From Bdellovibrionales bacterium (GTDB lineage: Bacteria > Bdellovibrionota > Bdellovibrionia > Bdellovibrionales > UBA1609), in the NCBI GenBank assembly GCA_965203095.1, contig OZ241877.1, forward strand, positions 512,001 through 576,000: a DNA stretch of 64,000 bases, in the 5' to 3' direction. Below the pieces are notes generated by a model. It had not been told where the DNA came from. It worked only from the letters and a program-made list of their open reading frames with translations, and did not search any database. Positions 20,387-31,500 of the stretch are shown one piece after another. Every line of letters begins with the position of its first letter. Position 1 is the stretch's first letter. The position numbers and the translations under genes are program-made.

Positions 20387-21169
20387 TTAACTGGCCAACC
20401 TCTTAATATCCTTTACTCCTTCTTGATTAAAATCAGTTAGATTTGGGTATTGTTTGTCTGAGTTTCTGGTAAGATATATAAGCTCTCTATTGCCTAAATT
20501 CTGCATATCCTTATGCACTGCCAAACTAATAAATAAAAGTTCTGCTTTTTTAAATTCCAATAAAGCAATAGCTGTGTCTTTTGCTTTGTTGCTTTCAAGA
20601 ATCCCAAATACATAGAACTTTCGGGTTTTCCAGTTTAAAGACCAATCTACTTTAAAGACAGAAGTTTCTTTTTCCTCTTGATTATCTGAAAGAGGAGTCA
20701 CATCAGGCTGTGGATTAAATTCTTCCAGTTCTTTTAAAACAAAGTTTTGCAAGTCTTTATAAAAAGTGGATTTAGCTGTCTCTCTGCTCCAATAATCCAT
20801 ACTACAAACTTTTTGTGCACAACCTGCAAACTGAAAAACACTCTCATAAATTTTATCGACAGGAGCATCTAAATAAAGATTTCCATTGTCATTTTGAACG
20901 CCATTGTTAAACAAGATGCTATTAAAGATTTTTTTCTTTGAGATGGTGTTCAGCTCATAGCTGTAAGAGAGACGCTGTCCAGCCATGCCAAAATCGCATA
21001 TCCGAACATATCCAGCCCCTTTAGGGCTTTCCTGCAAATAAATATCCACCATATCCCCATCCTCATGCAAGATAGGAATTGTCAGCTGGTATTTGCCTGG
21101 GCGACGCTCGTAAACACTAAAGCTTGGCCGGACTTTGTTTAATATGTTTAATATGTTTTTAATGTTCAT
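20387..21169 (-). CDS. DUF1828-like hypothetical protein
   Basis: P..HEDGD.VDIYL...RICDFG pattern recalled from the DUF1828 family; overlaps upstream gene stop. Confidence 0.6.
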   Translation of the reverse strand: MNIKNILNILNKVRPSFSVYERRPGKYQLTIPILHEDGDMVDIYLQESPKGAGYVRICDFGMAGQRLSYSYELNTISKKKIFNSILFNNGVQNDNGNLYLDAPVDKIYESVFQFAGCAQKVCSMDYWSRETAKSTFYKDLQNFVLKELEEFNPQPDVTPLSDNQEEKETSVFKVDWSLNWKTRKFYVFGILESNKAKDTAIALLEFKKAELLFISLAVHKDMQNLGNRELIYLTRNSDKQYPNLTDFNQEGVKDIKRLAS

Positions 21170-21719
21170 TAAAAAGATCTCCTTGCTCTAATTCAGAAAA
21201 ATAACTTTGCCAGTTAGTTATATTTATATCTTTAAAAAAAACCAAAAGCCCCTCTTCTAAGCTGTTATATTTTTTGGTCATTTCCAGATTTGTTGGTTTA
21301 GGATTTGAACTATTGGAATTTATATCTTCTTCTTTCATTTTGTGAATATGTGGCATAGGATGATGGCTTTTTCTCCTCTTTTTTTTGTTGTTTTCCACTG
21401 TCTCTGAATCATGAGGCCCATTATAGCGAACAATATTCAAACTCTTTTGGAACTTTGAAGATTTATACACTAAACCGATAGAAAAATTCTCTATAAAATG
21501 CTGGTTTTGCCGGATAAAAACCTCAAATTCTATTATTTTTTTTAAATCCTTGGCCTTTTGCATTTTGACACCTTGCAATTTGTTTAGTATGCTTCTCTCT
21601 GCACTTACAATTAGTTTACATCTTTTATACCCATTTTCTGTCTTATATCCTTTCTGTGGTTCTTTCTTATAAATTTTTTTTGGAATTTCTATTAAATTTT
21701 TAATTTCTTTGTTTGTCAT
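21159..21719 (-). CDS. Hypothetical protein with RYNGxH...HxH motif
   Basis: 186-aa ORF translationally coupled to the next gene. Confidence 0.7.
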   Translation of the reverse strand: MTNKEIKNLIEIPKKIYKKEPQKGYKTENGYKRCKLIVSAERSILNKLQGVKMQKAKDLKKIIEFEVFIRQNQHFIENFSIGLVYKSSKFQKSLNIVRYNGPHDSETVENNKKKRRKSHHPMPHIHKMKEEDINSNSSNPKPTNLEMTKKYNSLEEGLLVFFKDINITNWQSYFSELEQGDLFNEH

Positions 21720-21858
21720 TTTTTGCTTTCTCCATAATATATTTTATCATATAACTTTTCTATTTTGGTTTAAAATTTTACAGACTTAAGTCCAAATTAT
21801 ACCCATTATGACATTCCTCAAAAATGGCTAAAAAAGCTCTTCCTTTTGGGTATAAACA

Positions 21859-24321
21859 TCATGCCACTTTTTTTTGAGCTTTAGGAAAATCTAAAATTTT
21901 TAAAGATTCAATTCCTCTGTCGTCAATAATTTTGACAGCAATTTTCTTATTTTTTCCCTGTTTAAAGGGAAGGGATTCTGTTCCTCTGTATTTTTCTATC
22001 AAATTCATATTTATTTCTGATTTTAAACTCTTGGCTAATTTTGCCCAACCGTCCCTTTTCCCAGACATAGGGAAAAACACCTGTCTTGGGAAAACCGCTC
22101 TTTCATCATAGTCTGTATCTAAAAGCCACATGGCAATTTTACTTTTCCCTCCTGATTCGATCTTTCCTGATGAAGGGTTATAATAATCCCAACCATAAAC
22201 TTCTGCAACATACTCATCTTTATTTTTTCCAGATCTATTGTTTATTTCCACATCAGGAGAGCCAATAAGCCAAAAACTATCATCAGCAGTTTTCTTTTTT
22301 AAATCGGCAGTTTGTAAGTCCATATTCATTTGAATTTGAACAGTTTTTAAGCTTTTTGAACCGTATTCATTGATAAGTTTTGAGGCTTCCGGGTCAAAGT
22401 GAAAAGAGGCAAAAACCAAAACATCCGGTTTTTCTTCTTTTGTTTCTATTTCTTTTAACGCTAATTCCACATGTCTTTTATCTAAAGGGGAATGCTCCGG
22501 TCCAAAAGATATTACCACTTTTCTTGGATTTTTTGTTTCCCCTTCTGCATGAAGATATTTAAAACCGGAGAGCTTTTCCAGCCGGACAAAATTCATATCG
22601 GTTGCTATTCCCTTTTTTCCTCTAATTCCTGATTTTCTCACTTCCTCTAACCATTCATATTTGAAAAAAATTTTCTCTTGCCCTATAGCTTGCACAATTT
22701 GAGAGGGAACAGCCTCCACTGTGAAAGGGCCGGTCACTCTGGCTTTTTTGTTATCCTTAAGAGGCTGATCGTAAAGAACTTCTTCTGTTGGAGGTTCATT
22801 ATTGGCAATAGATCCCAAAGTGATATGAGGAACCGTTTTATATTGAAACCCTGAGCTTATGCCTTCATCTTGGTTTTTTAATTTGTAATAGTCAAATACT
22901 GAGGTCATAAGTCTTTGTTTAGCCAAAGTGATAGCTACTCGCGAAGTATCACAAGTAATCCAACGCCTACCCCATTTTTCCGCCACATAAGCTGTTGTGC
23001 CACTCCCACAAGTCGGATCAAAAACAATATCCCCTGGATCTGTTGTCATAAGGATACAGCGTTGAATAGGAATAGTACTTGTCTGAACAGCATAAGTTTT
23101 TTCTCTTGAAAAAGTAGAAATTATTGTCCCTGTCCATATACTATCATATTCAGTATAATTAAAATCATCTTCATATCTTTTCCAGTATTTATTTTTAATA
23201 AGTCTTTTTTCTCTGTTTAAATTCTTAATTTGTCTTTCTGTTAAATGACTTTTTAACTGTGCAATCTTATATCTTTTATTTGAGTTATTATCATGTTTAT
23301 TAAAAATATTTAATATCTCCGCATTGGTCCTAGAACGATATAGTCTTCTAAATTTGATATGGGTTGTTTTTCCATACCATATCAAACAATCATATAGTCT
23401 TTGTATTCGATTAGCATTTTGGTTCGTCGCGGTTTTGAACAAAATTAAACTTATAAAATTCTCTTTTCCAAAAACTTCATCCATTAAGTTGCGAATCAAA
23501 TGCACATTTTCATCAGAAATTTGCACAAAACAAGAGCCACTTTCCGTCAATAGTTCCTTTGCTAAAAAAAGTCTATCCCTTATGTATGTCAAATAAGAAT
23601 GGATGCCAAGCTCCCAAGTGTCGCGAAAAGCTTTTAGCATTTCCGGTTCTGCTGTTAAATCTTCATCTTTATCCGTATTTTTATTTACATTTTTTTTGTT
23701 TGTAAAAGGCTGAAAATTAGAACCATAATTTTTTCCATAAGGAGGATCTATGTAAATACATTGGATTTTACCGGCCATAGCCTCTTTTTGAAGTAGAGAG
23801 TTCATCACCAAAAGAGAGTCCCCGGCAATCAAACGATTGCTCCAATTTTTATCGTGTTGGTAAAAATCTATGGCCTCATTTTCAGGAATAATCTGTTCTT
23901 TTTTAAAAAGAGACAGTTGCTCGTAATTTACAGAGTTTGTTTTTCTCACTCTTTCTACGATAGCTCTGGAATCTATCTTCTCGTGGGTGTGTAGTGAAAC
24001 TGTGGGAACTTCAAAAGAACCTCGCTCTGCCTTGCCGGTCCAGTTTAAATAAGGCTCTTGTTTCTTTTTTAATTTTTTAAGTGCAAGCTTAGCCTCTTCT
24101 GCTGAGCCGGAAAGCCCTTGGTCAATAATCTTTTCAATTTTTGCTCTTTTAGGGTCAAATTGGAGTTCTGGTGAAAGATGCTCGTCAAAAACATACTTTT
24201 TCTTTTCGGCTTTAAGTGGTTCTGTTTTATTGCTGACAAGGCCAACGGAAGGATTGTTTTTCCGTTTTTTCTTATCGTGTTTAATTTGTGTAATATCAAT
24301 TTTTCTTACTGATTTCTCCAT
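21859..24321 (-). CDS. Type III R-M Mod subunit (N6-adenine methyltransferase)
   Basis: DPPYG and FDPTCGSGTT motifs flanking an AT-rich target-recognition region; co-oriented with Res. Confidence 0.92.
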   Translation of the reverse strand: MEKSVRKIDITQIKHDKKKRKNNPSVGLVSNKTEPLKAEKKKYVFDEHLSPELQFDPKRAKIEKIIDQGLSGSAEEAKLALKKLKKKQEPYLNWTGKAERGSFEVPTVSLHTHEKIDSRAIVERVRKTNSVNYEQLSLFKKEQIIPENEAIDFYQHDKNWSNRLIAGDSLLVMNSLLQKEAMAGKIQCIYIDPPYGKNYGSNFQPFTNKKNVNKNTDKDEDLTAEPEMLKAFRDTWELGIHSYLTYIRDRLFLAKELLTESGSCFVQISDENVHLIRNLMDEVFGKENFISLILFKTATNQNANRIQRLYDCLIWYGKTTHIKFRRLYRSRTNAEILNIFNKHDNNSNKRYKIAQLKSHLTERQIKNLNREKRLIKNKYWKRYEDDFNYTEYDSIWTGTIISTFSREKTYAVQTSTIPIQRCILMTTDPGDIVFDPTCGSGTTAYVAEKWGRRWITCDTSRVAITLAKQRLMTSVFDYYKLKNQDEGISSGFQYKTVPHITLGSIANNEPPTEEVLYDQPLKDNKKARVTGPFTVEAVPSQIVQAIGQEKIFFKYEWLEEVRKSGIRGKKGIATDMNFVRLEKLSGFKYLHAEGETKNPRKVVISFGPEHSPLDKRHVELALKEIETKEEKPDVLVFASFHFDPEASKLINEYGSKSLKTVQIQMNMDLQTADLKKKTADDSFWLIGSPDVEINNRSGKNKDEYVAEVYGWDYYNPSSGKIESGGKSKIAMWLLDTDYDERAVFPRQVFFPMSGKRDGWAKLAKSLKSEINMNLIEKYRGTESLPFKQGKNKKIAVKIIDDRGIESLKILDFPKAQKKVA

Positions 24322-24707
24322 TAGAGTCTCCTTGACTTTGAATTTAAAATCGGAATATTCTGTAATAAACTTTAATAAATTTTATAAGCATAAAGTCTTG
24401 TTTTATTCAGGATTAACCTTAATTTGGAATTATTGAACTGATTTTCTAAGGTTCTTATCGTAAAAAAACGATAAACAGGACTAATGTCAAGTTTTATTTA
24501 TTTAAAAATCGTTTTATTATTAAAGCTTTATCAGGACTTTATAATGTCATCAAAAAATAAGGCAACATTTTTTTTGGCAAAATAAAGTTTGACATTATGA
24601 AGAACCACTTTTGCAGGAGGCAATTATACTGATTCTATTTGAAATCTCTACTTAAAAACAGAATAGAGAAAGCAGGATTTTTTAAATAAAATCGGGATAA
24701 AATATCT

Positions 24708-27700
24708 ATGAAAAAACATTCTGATTTGACTTTTATCACCAATGAGAAAGATCAAAATCTTTTAGATAGGTTTAGGGTTCTCATTCGGGATACAGAGTTT
24801 TTTGATGTTCTTGTGGGGTATTTTTACAGTAGTGGCTTTCAGGCCATTTATAAGTCTTTAGAGAAGACACAAAAAATCCGCATTCTGATAGGTATCCACA
24901 CTGATAAAAAGATTGTGGATTTAATTCAGCATGCGGAGGAGCAACTATCCCATGCTGTAGCAAAAGAGCAATTTTCCAAAAAACTGATTCAGGAAATGGA
25001 ACATTCCTCCGACACAAAGGAAGTTTATGAAGGGGTCATGAAGTTTATAAAATGGCTGAGATCGGGAAAGCTTGAAATAAGAGCTTACCCCAGCCGGAAT
25101 CTTCATGCCAAGTTGTATATTATGTCCTTTACTAAAGGAGATAGAGACCGGGGACGGGTTATCACAGGCTCCAGCAATTTTACAAAGGCTGGATTAACTG
25201 ACAATTTAGAGTTTAATGTGGAGCTTAAAAACTTTTCCGACCATGATTTTGCACTTCAAAAATTTAATGAATTGTGGCAGGATGCTGTAGATATTCAAGA
25301 GACTTACCTTAAAACCATTCAAAAGAAAACTTGGTTTAATGATAAAATTAGCCCTTATGAGCTTTATCTTAAGTTTTTATATGAGCATTTTAAAGAGGAT
25401 TTAAAATCCACGGACGAAGCCTCTTTCCCATACCTACCTCAAAATTTTAAACAGTTAGAATACCAAACCCAGGCTGTTCGAAATGCCAAGAGGATTTTAG
25501 AAGAGTATGGCGGGGTTTTTCTCTCTGATGTAGTGGGGCTGGGGAAAACTTATATGTCCGCCATGTTGGCCAAACAGCTGGATGGTTTATCAATAGTTTT
25601 GGCTCCTCCCTCTCTTTTAGATAAATCAAACCCTGGCTCCTGGCGAAATGTATTTTTAGATTTTCATGTTCCAGCAGAATTTGAATCCCTTGGTAAATTA
25701 GACAAAGTAATATCCAGCGAGACAGACAAATACAAAAATGTTTTTATAGACGAAGCCCATCGTTTTAGGAACGAAACTAATATTACTTATGAAAATCTGG
25801 CCAAGATTTGCCGAGGGAAAAAAGTTATATTGGTGACAGCTACCCCTCTCAACAACAAACCTAAGGATATTTTAAGCCAAATCAAGCTATTTCAACCGGG
25901 CAAAAAAAGCACAATACCCAATGTCTCTAACTTGGAGCTGTTTTTCAAACAATTGGAGGAAAAAACAAAAAAACTAAATAAAAAGGAAAACTATGCAAAG
26001 TATGTAAAAGCCACAAAGGAGAATGCTAAAAAAATCCGGGAATCTGTTTTAAAATACCTTATGGTCCGTAGAACCAGAACAGAGATTGAAAAATATTTTG
26101 CCGGTGATTTAAAAAATCAAAAAATTAAATTTCCTGAAGTGAAAAACCCAGAGCCGTTATATTACCAATTCAACAAACATGAAAGTGAGGTTTTTTATAA
26201 AACCATTAAGCTTATTGGCAAACAGCTCAAATACGCCCGTTATATGCCTTTAACTTATTATAAAGGGGAAAAGCAGTTGGATTTGATTATCCAATCCCAA
26301 AAAAACCTTGGGGGTTTTATGAAAACTCTGTTAGTAAAAAGGTTGGAGAGCAGTTTTTATGCTTTCCGAAACTCTATTCGCCGATTTATCCAATCATATC
26401 AATTATTTTTAAAAGAGTTTGAGGCTGGAAATGTTTATATCAGTAAGGATTATTCCAAAAAAATTTTTGAGCTTTTGAACAGTGATAATGAAGAGGCTGT
26501 TCAAAAACTAATAGATGAGGACAAAGCAAAAAAATATTCTTCAAAAGATTTTAATGAGCAACTTAAAAAAGACTTAAAAAGTGATCTTAAAATTTTGCAG
26601 GAGATAAAATCCCTTTGGCAAGAGGTAAAACGCGATCCAAAACTTTTGGCTTTTATAGAGGCCCTTTCTAAACCTCCGGCTTTAGTCCGCAAAAATAAAA
26701 ATGTTATTGTTCGAAAACCTCTTGAAGTTTGCCTAAAAACAGCTCAGAACTTAAACAAATTTTCAGCTTTAAAAAACAAAAATAATAAACTGATTGTATT
26801 TACAGAATCTAAGGAGACAGCAGAGTATCTTGAGGAAAAGCTGAATAAAAAATTTCCCAATGAGGTTTTGGTTTTTACCGGATCAAGTGCTACCTCTATC
26901 CGGGAGAGTATCATCCAAAATTTTGATCCCAGGGCCTTTCTTCCAAAAAATGATTACAGAATATTGATCGCAACAGATGTTTTGTCGGAAGGAGTAAATC
27001 TCCATCGCTCCAATGCAGTTGTAAATTATGATATTCCTTGGAACCCTACCCGCCTTATGCAAAGGGTGGGAAGAGTAAATCGTGTAGATACTCCATTTAG
27101 TGAAATTCATACTTTTAATTTTTTCCCCACGGAGCAGTCCAATGACATTATTAAACTGGAAGAAACAGCTAAGGCCAAGATAGAGGCTTTTATCAATTTG
27201 CTTGGGGCAGATGCCCGGCTTTTAACAGAAGAGGAAGCCCCGGAAAGCCATGAGCTGTTTGGTCGTCTCAGCTCTAAAAAAACTATTACTGGGGAGGATG
27301 AGGAAGAGGAAAGTGAACTAAAGTATTTAAAAATTATAGAGGACATTCGGAACAAAGATCCCGATTTATTCAATAAAATAAAACAACTCCCTAAAAAAGC
27401 CCGAACAGCCAAAAAATCTAAAACAAAAATATCAGGGCTTTTAACTTATTTTAGAAAGGGCAAACTGAACAAATTTTGCATTGCAGGAGAGGAGAGTAAG
27501 GAGTTGGATTTTATGAGTTCTGCAAAGCTTTTGGAATCTAAAAAAACCACTCCAATAGAAAATTTACCAGAGGATTTTTTTTCTTTGTTAGAAAAAAATA
27601 AGAAGAAGTTTTCCTCTCTCACTTCAGAAGAAAATGATTCGTTGCCCTCCCAATCGGGTAGGGACATGGATTCAAAGCTACTCCAAACTTTAAGAATCAT

Positions 27701-27986
27701 TCAACAGGATTTGAGGCAATTTACGGAAGAACAAGAAGTTTATTTTAAAAAAATCCTACTGAGGATTGAAGAGGGGGCTTTGCCCAAGAAGACTGTGAAA
27801 AAAACTCTTAAGGTTATTACAAAAGAGATAAAAGCCTCTTCCGGCCAGCCAGAGCCTTTAAAAATACTGGTTCTTTTACAAAAAAATATCTCTGATGAAT
27901 TGTTGAAAGGGCATATTTCAGAAAGCTCCACTGCCACGGATGACCCTCGCGAAGTGATTCTATCAGAATATTTAATTGGAGAATAA
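24708..27986 (+). CDS. PLD-nuclease/SNF2-type helicase fusion associated with R-M
   Basis: HAKLY...GSSNFT PLD motif; DVVGLGKT, DEAH, QRVGRVNR helicase motifs. Confidence 0.88.
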   Translation: MKKHSDLTFITNEKDQNLLDRFRVLIRDTEFFDVLVGYFYSSGFQAIYKSLEKTQKIRILIGIHTDKKIVDLIQHAEEQLSHAVAKEQFSKKLIQEMEHSSDTKEVYEGVMKFIKWLRSGKLEIRAYPSRNLHAKLYIMSFTKGDRDRGRVITGSSNFTKAGLTDNLEFNVELKNFSDHDFALQKFNELWQDAVDIQETYLKTIQKKTWFNDKISPYELYLKFLYEHFKEDLKSTDEASFPYLPQNFKQLEYQTQAVRNAKRILEEYGGVFLSDVVGLGKTYMSAMLAKQLDGLSIVLAPPSLLDKSNPGSWRNVFLDFHVPAEFESLGKLDKVISSETDKYKNVFIDEAHRFRNETNITYENLAKICRGKKVILVTATPLNNKPKDILSQIKLFQPGKKSTIPNVSNLELFFKQLEEKTKKLNKKENYAKYVKATKENAKKIRESVLKYLMVRRTRTEIEKYFAGDLKNQKIKFPEVKNPEPLYYQFNKHESEVFYKTIKLIGKQLKYARYMPLTYYKGEKQLDLIIQSQKNLGGFMKTLLVKRLESSFYAFRNSIRRFIQSYQLFLKEFEAGNVYISKDYSKKIFELLNSDNEEAVQKLIDEDKAKKYSSKDFNEQLKKDLKSDLKILQEIKSLWQEVKRDPKLLAFIEALSKPPALVRKNKNVIVRKPLEVCLKTAQNLNKFSALKNKNNKLIVFTESKETAEYLEEKLNKKFPNEVLVFTGSSATSIRESIIQNFDPRAFLPKNDYRILIATDVLSEGVNLHRSNAVVNYDIPWNPTRLMQRVGRVNRVDTPFSEIHTFNFFPTEQSNDIIKLEETAKAKIEAFINLLGADARLLTEEEAPESHELFGRLSSKKTITGEDEEEESELKYLKIIEDIRNKDPDLFNKIKQLPKKARTAKKSKTKISGLLTYFRKGKLNKFCIAGEESKELDFMSSAKLLESKKTTPIENLPEDFFSLLEKNKKKFSSLTSEENDSLPSQSGRDMDSKLLQTLRIIQQDLRQFTEEQEVYFKKILLRIEEGALPKKTVKKTLKVITKEIKASSGQPEPLKILVLLQKNISDELLKGHISESSTATDDPREVILSEYLIGE

Positions 27987-28007
27987 AACAACAAAAAGGA
28001 GGATAAT

Positions 28008-28502
28008 ATGAAAAAAGAAATTCTTATCTACCAATCAAAAAGCGGAAAGATTGAGTTCCGGGGTGAACTCAAAAAAGACACCATCTGGGGAACACAAAAA
28101 CAAATTGCTCAGCTTTTTGGAACTAAAAGACCTGCTATTACAAAGCATTTGAAAAATATTTTTAACAGCCAGGAACTGAGAGAAAAATCAGTTAGTTCCA
28201 TTTTGGAACATACTGCTGAAGACGGTAAAGTATACCGGACAAAATACTATAACTTAGATGCTATACTATCTGTTGGTTATCGTGTCAATTCCAAACAAGC
28301 CACACAATTTCGTATATGGGCTACAAAAACTTTAAAGCATCATCTTTTGGAAGGATACACGATAAACAAAAAACAGTTGGTTAAAAATTACCAGAAGTTT
28401 CAAAAAACACTTAAAAGCATAAAAGCCCTTTTACCAGTAGATAAATCTCTTCCAGCAGGAGAAGCTTTAGAACTTGTAAGTGCCTTTGCCAATACTTGGT
28501 GA
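28008..28502 (+). CDS. RhuM-family protein, probably truncated
   Basis: TQKQIAQLF, YNLDAILSVGYRVNS, ATQFRIWAT; strong AGGAGG RBS. Confidence 0.8.
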   Translation: MKKEILIYQSKSGKIEFRGELKKDTIWGTQKQIAQLFGTKRPAITKHLKNIFNSQELREKSVSSILEHTAEDGKVYRTKYYNLDAILSVGYRVNSKQATQFRIWATKTLKHHLLEGYTINKKQLVKNYQKFQKTLKSIKALLPVDKSLPAGEALELVSAFANTW

Positions 28503-28508
28503 TAAAAA

Positions 28509-31500
28509 ATGAGAGAAGAGCAAGCGAGAAGATTAGTTAAAGACAGTTTTGAAAAGCCTTTTGATAGAGGGAAATTTTGTCTTTTAGTTAAAAATCTTCT
28601 AAATAACATGGATGAGACAAAACCCTTTCCCCGTCCTCTGGGAGGCTCTCTTATTTCTAAAGGTTTTCGGGATCATATCAAAACTTTAGATCGGGTCGGG
28701 CAATATAAAGATACGGACGGGAAAATTATTGACATTCTTATTGTTTGCTTAAAAAAAGAGACTTCTTTAGATCGAGCCAGAGCAAAACAGAGAAATTACA
28801 TTGCAAAATATCTTAAAGAGGATCGTAGAGGGCAATTTAAAGACGGTGCTCTTGTTGCTTTTATTTCCCCTGGTGAGGAGGATTGGCGGTTTTCCTTTAT
28901 AAAAATAGATTACAAGTTTGATGAAAAGGGAAAGATAAAGGATGAGCTGACTCCTGCTCGCCGTTACTCCTTTCTTGTGGGAAAAAACGAAGCCAGCCAC
29001 ACGGCCCAAAGCTCTCTTATTTCGCTATTGCAAAAAGATGACAAAAATCCCTCCATTAAGGATTTAGAACAAGCTTTTTCCGTTGAAAGAGTGACAAAGG
29101 AGTTTTTTGAAAAATACCGAGAGCTTTTTCATAAACTAAAAGAGTCTTTAGATAAAATCATCAATGAAGACAAAAAAATAAAAAAGGATTTTTCGAGCAA
29201 GGGAATCTATTCTGCTGATTTTGCTAAAAAACTTTTAGGTCAAATTGTGTTTTTGTATTTTCTTCAGAAAAAAGGATGGTTTGGTGTGGAGAGAGGGAAG
29301 GATTGGGGAACCGGCTCAAAACATTTTTTGCGAGAACTTTTTAATAAACATTCTCAAAAACCAGTCATTCCCGCCTTGAGCGGGAATCCAGAAACCAAAC
29401 AATTCTTTAACAACATACTGGAACCTCTTTTTTATGAGGCTTTAGGCCTGAGGCATGAAAAAGATTATTACAGCCGGTTTGATTGCCGGATTCCTTTTTT
29501 AAATGGAGGTTTGTTTGAGCCTCTTAAAGCTTATGATTGGGTAAATACTGATATTTTACTCCCGGACAGTCTTTTTTCCAACAAAAACAAAACCAAAGAG
29601 GGCGATATTGGGGACGGCATATTGGACATTTTTGACCGTTACAATTTTACAGTCAATGAAGATGAGCCTTTAGAAAAAGAAGTCGCCATTGATCCGGAAA
29701 TGTTAGGCAAAGTGTTTGAGAATCTTTTAGAAGTGAGGGACCGTAAATCCAAAGGAACATACTACACTCCGCGAGAGATTGTTCATTACATGTGCCAAGA
29801 GAGTTTAATCAATTATCTCTTTTTTGCCCTGTCCCAGCAAGTTCCTGTCCCTGCTCTCCAACCCTCCTCTCCTTCTCACTCCGTCTTTCCTACAAAGCCC
29901 GCCGTTCCCAAAAAGCTCGTCGTTCCCGCGAAAGCGGGAACCCATACCCACTCTGTTCTTTCCAAAAACCCCGTCGTTCCCATGCAAACAGGAATACAAA
30001 GATCCGACATCGAAATTTTCATAAAGATCAGCGACTCCTCTCTTGAGCATGATACTGTTTACCAGGAGAAACAACTGGAAAAAGCACTAAAGGGAAAAAC
30101 AAAAACTACAAGTCGTTATGACAAATCCAAATTGCCAAAAGCGATTATTGAAAATGCTTTTTTAATAGATAGAGCATTGGCTGATATAAGAATATGCGAT
30201 CCGGCAGTGGGTTCCGGTGCTTTTCCTGTGGGGATGATGAATGAAGTTGTCCGTGCCCGCAATGTCCTCACCCCCTTTATAAAATCTCCCGCGAAAGCAG
30301 GAATCCATACCCTCCCTGACAAGGGGGGCCAGGGGGGTTTAAGAAGCCCTTACCACTTCAAACGGCATGCGATTGAACACTCCTTATATGGTGTGGATAT
30401 TGATCCCAGTGCCATAGAGATTGCCAAACTCCGCCTCTGGCTTTCCCTTGTGGTTGATGAGGAAGATCGAGATAAAATTCAACCACTGCCTAACTTAGAT
30501 TATAAAATGCTTTGTGGCCATTCCCTCTTAGGAATAGAAGAGATAGAAAAAGATCTGTTTAATATGAAACAATTTAATGAGTTAGAAAAACTAAAACTAC
30601 TTTATTTTAATGAAACTTCTGCCAGAAAAAAACAAAAGTTCAAACAGGAAATTGAGCAGTTTATAGATAAAATCACTGACGGTAAAAAAATATTTGACTT
30701 TGAAATTTACTTTTCTGAAGTTTTTCAAGAAAAACAAGGCTTTGATATAGTTATCGCCAACCCCCCTTATGTTAAGGAGGGAGTTAATAAATCCGCCTTT
30801 GATGGTTTAAGAAAATCCCTTTATTATCAAGGAAAAATGGATCTCTGGTATTTATTTGCCTGCAAGAGCATTGATATATCCCGGCCAGGTTCAGGAGTTA
30901 TTGCTTTTATTGCTCAAAATAATTGGGTCACCAGTCATGGGGCTAAAAAAATGCGAAACAAAGTGATAAAAGATTCTCAAATCTTAAGCTTGCTTGATTT
31001 TGGAGATTTTAAAGTATTTTCAGCTGGGATACAAACAATGGTAATGCTTTTCCAGAAAAATAATTTTATGGAAGAATACAGTTTTGACTACAGAAGGCTC
31101 AGTGGGAAAAATCTTAAAACCAAAGATATGATTTCTCTCCTTAATAAAGAGCAAAATCAAAATGCAGAATATTTATCCTCTAAAATTCAAAGAGAAAAAT
31201 TGAAAAATAAAAATTTAAATTTCAGCAATTCTAAAGTTGAAAGTATCCTCAATAAAATGCTGTCTCAGGTTGGTTTTCAATTAAAAGATAAAGAGGTAGG
31301 AAAAGCTATAGAATATAATATCGATACTCTAAAGAAAAAACACATGGCCAGTCTTTATTTAACAGATCGAGAAGTAGCTCAGGGTGCTGTTTTTCCTCAA
31401 GATTTTGTTAATAAAAAAAGCAAAGCAAAATTAAAAAAAGCTCAATTTAAAGTGGGTGATGGTGTATTTGTTCTCAGCGATAAAGAAAAAAATAACATCC

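Noticed and set aside
23090..23410. AT-rich patch inside mod as a foreign insertion
   Set aside because: It lies between the two MTase motifs where the variable target-recognition domain is expected; ordinary for type III Mod
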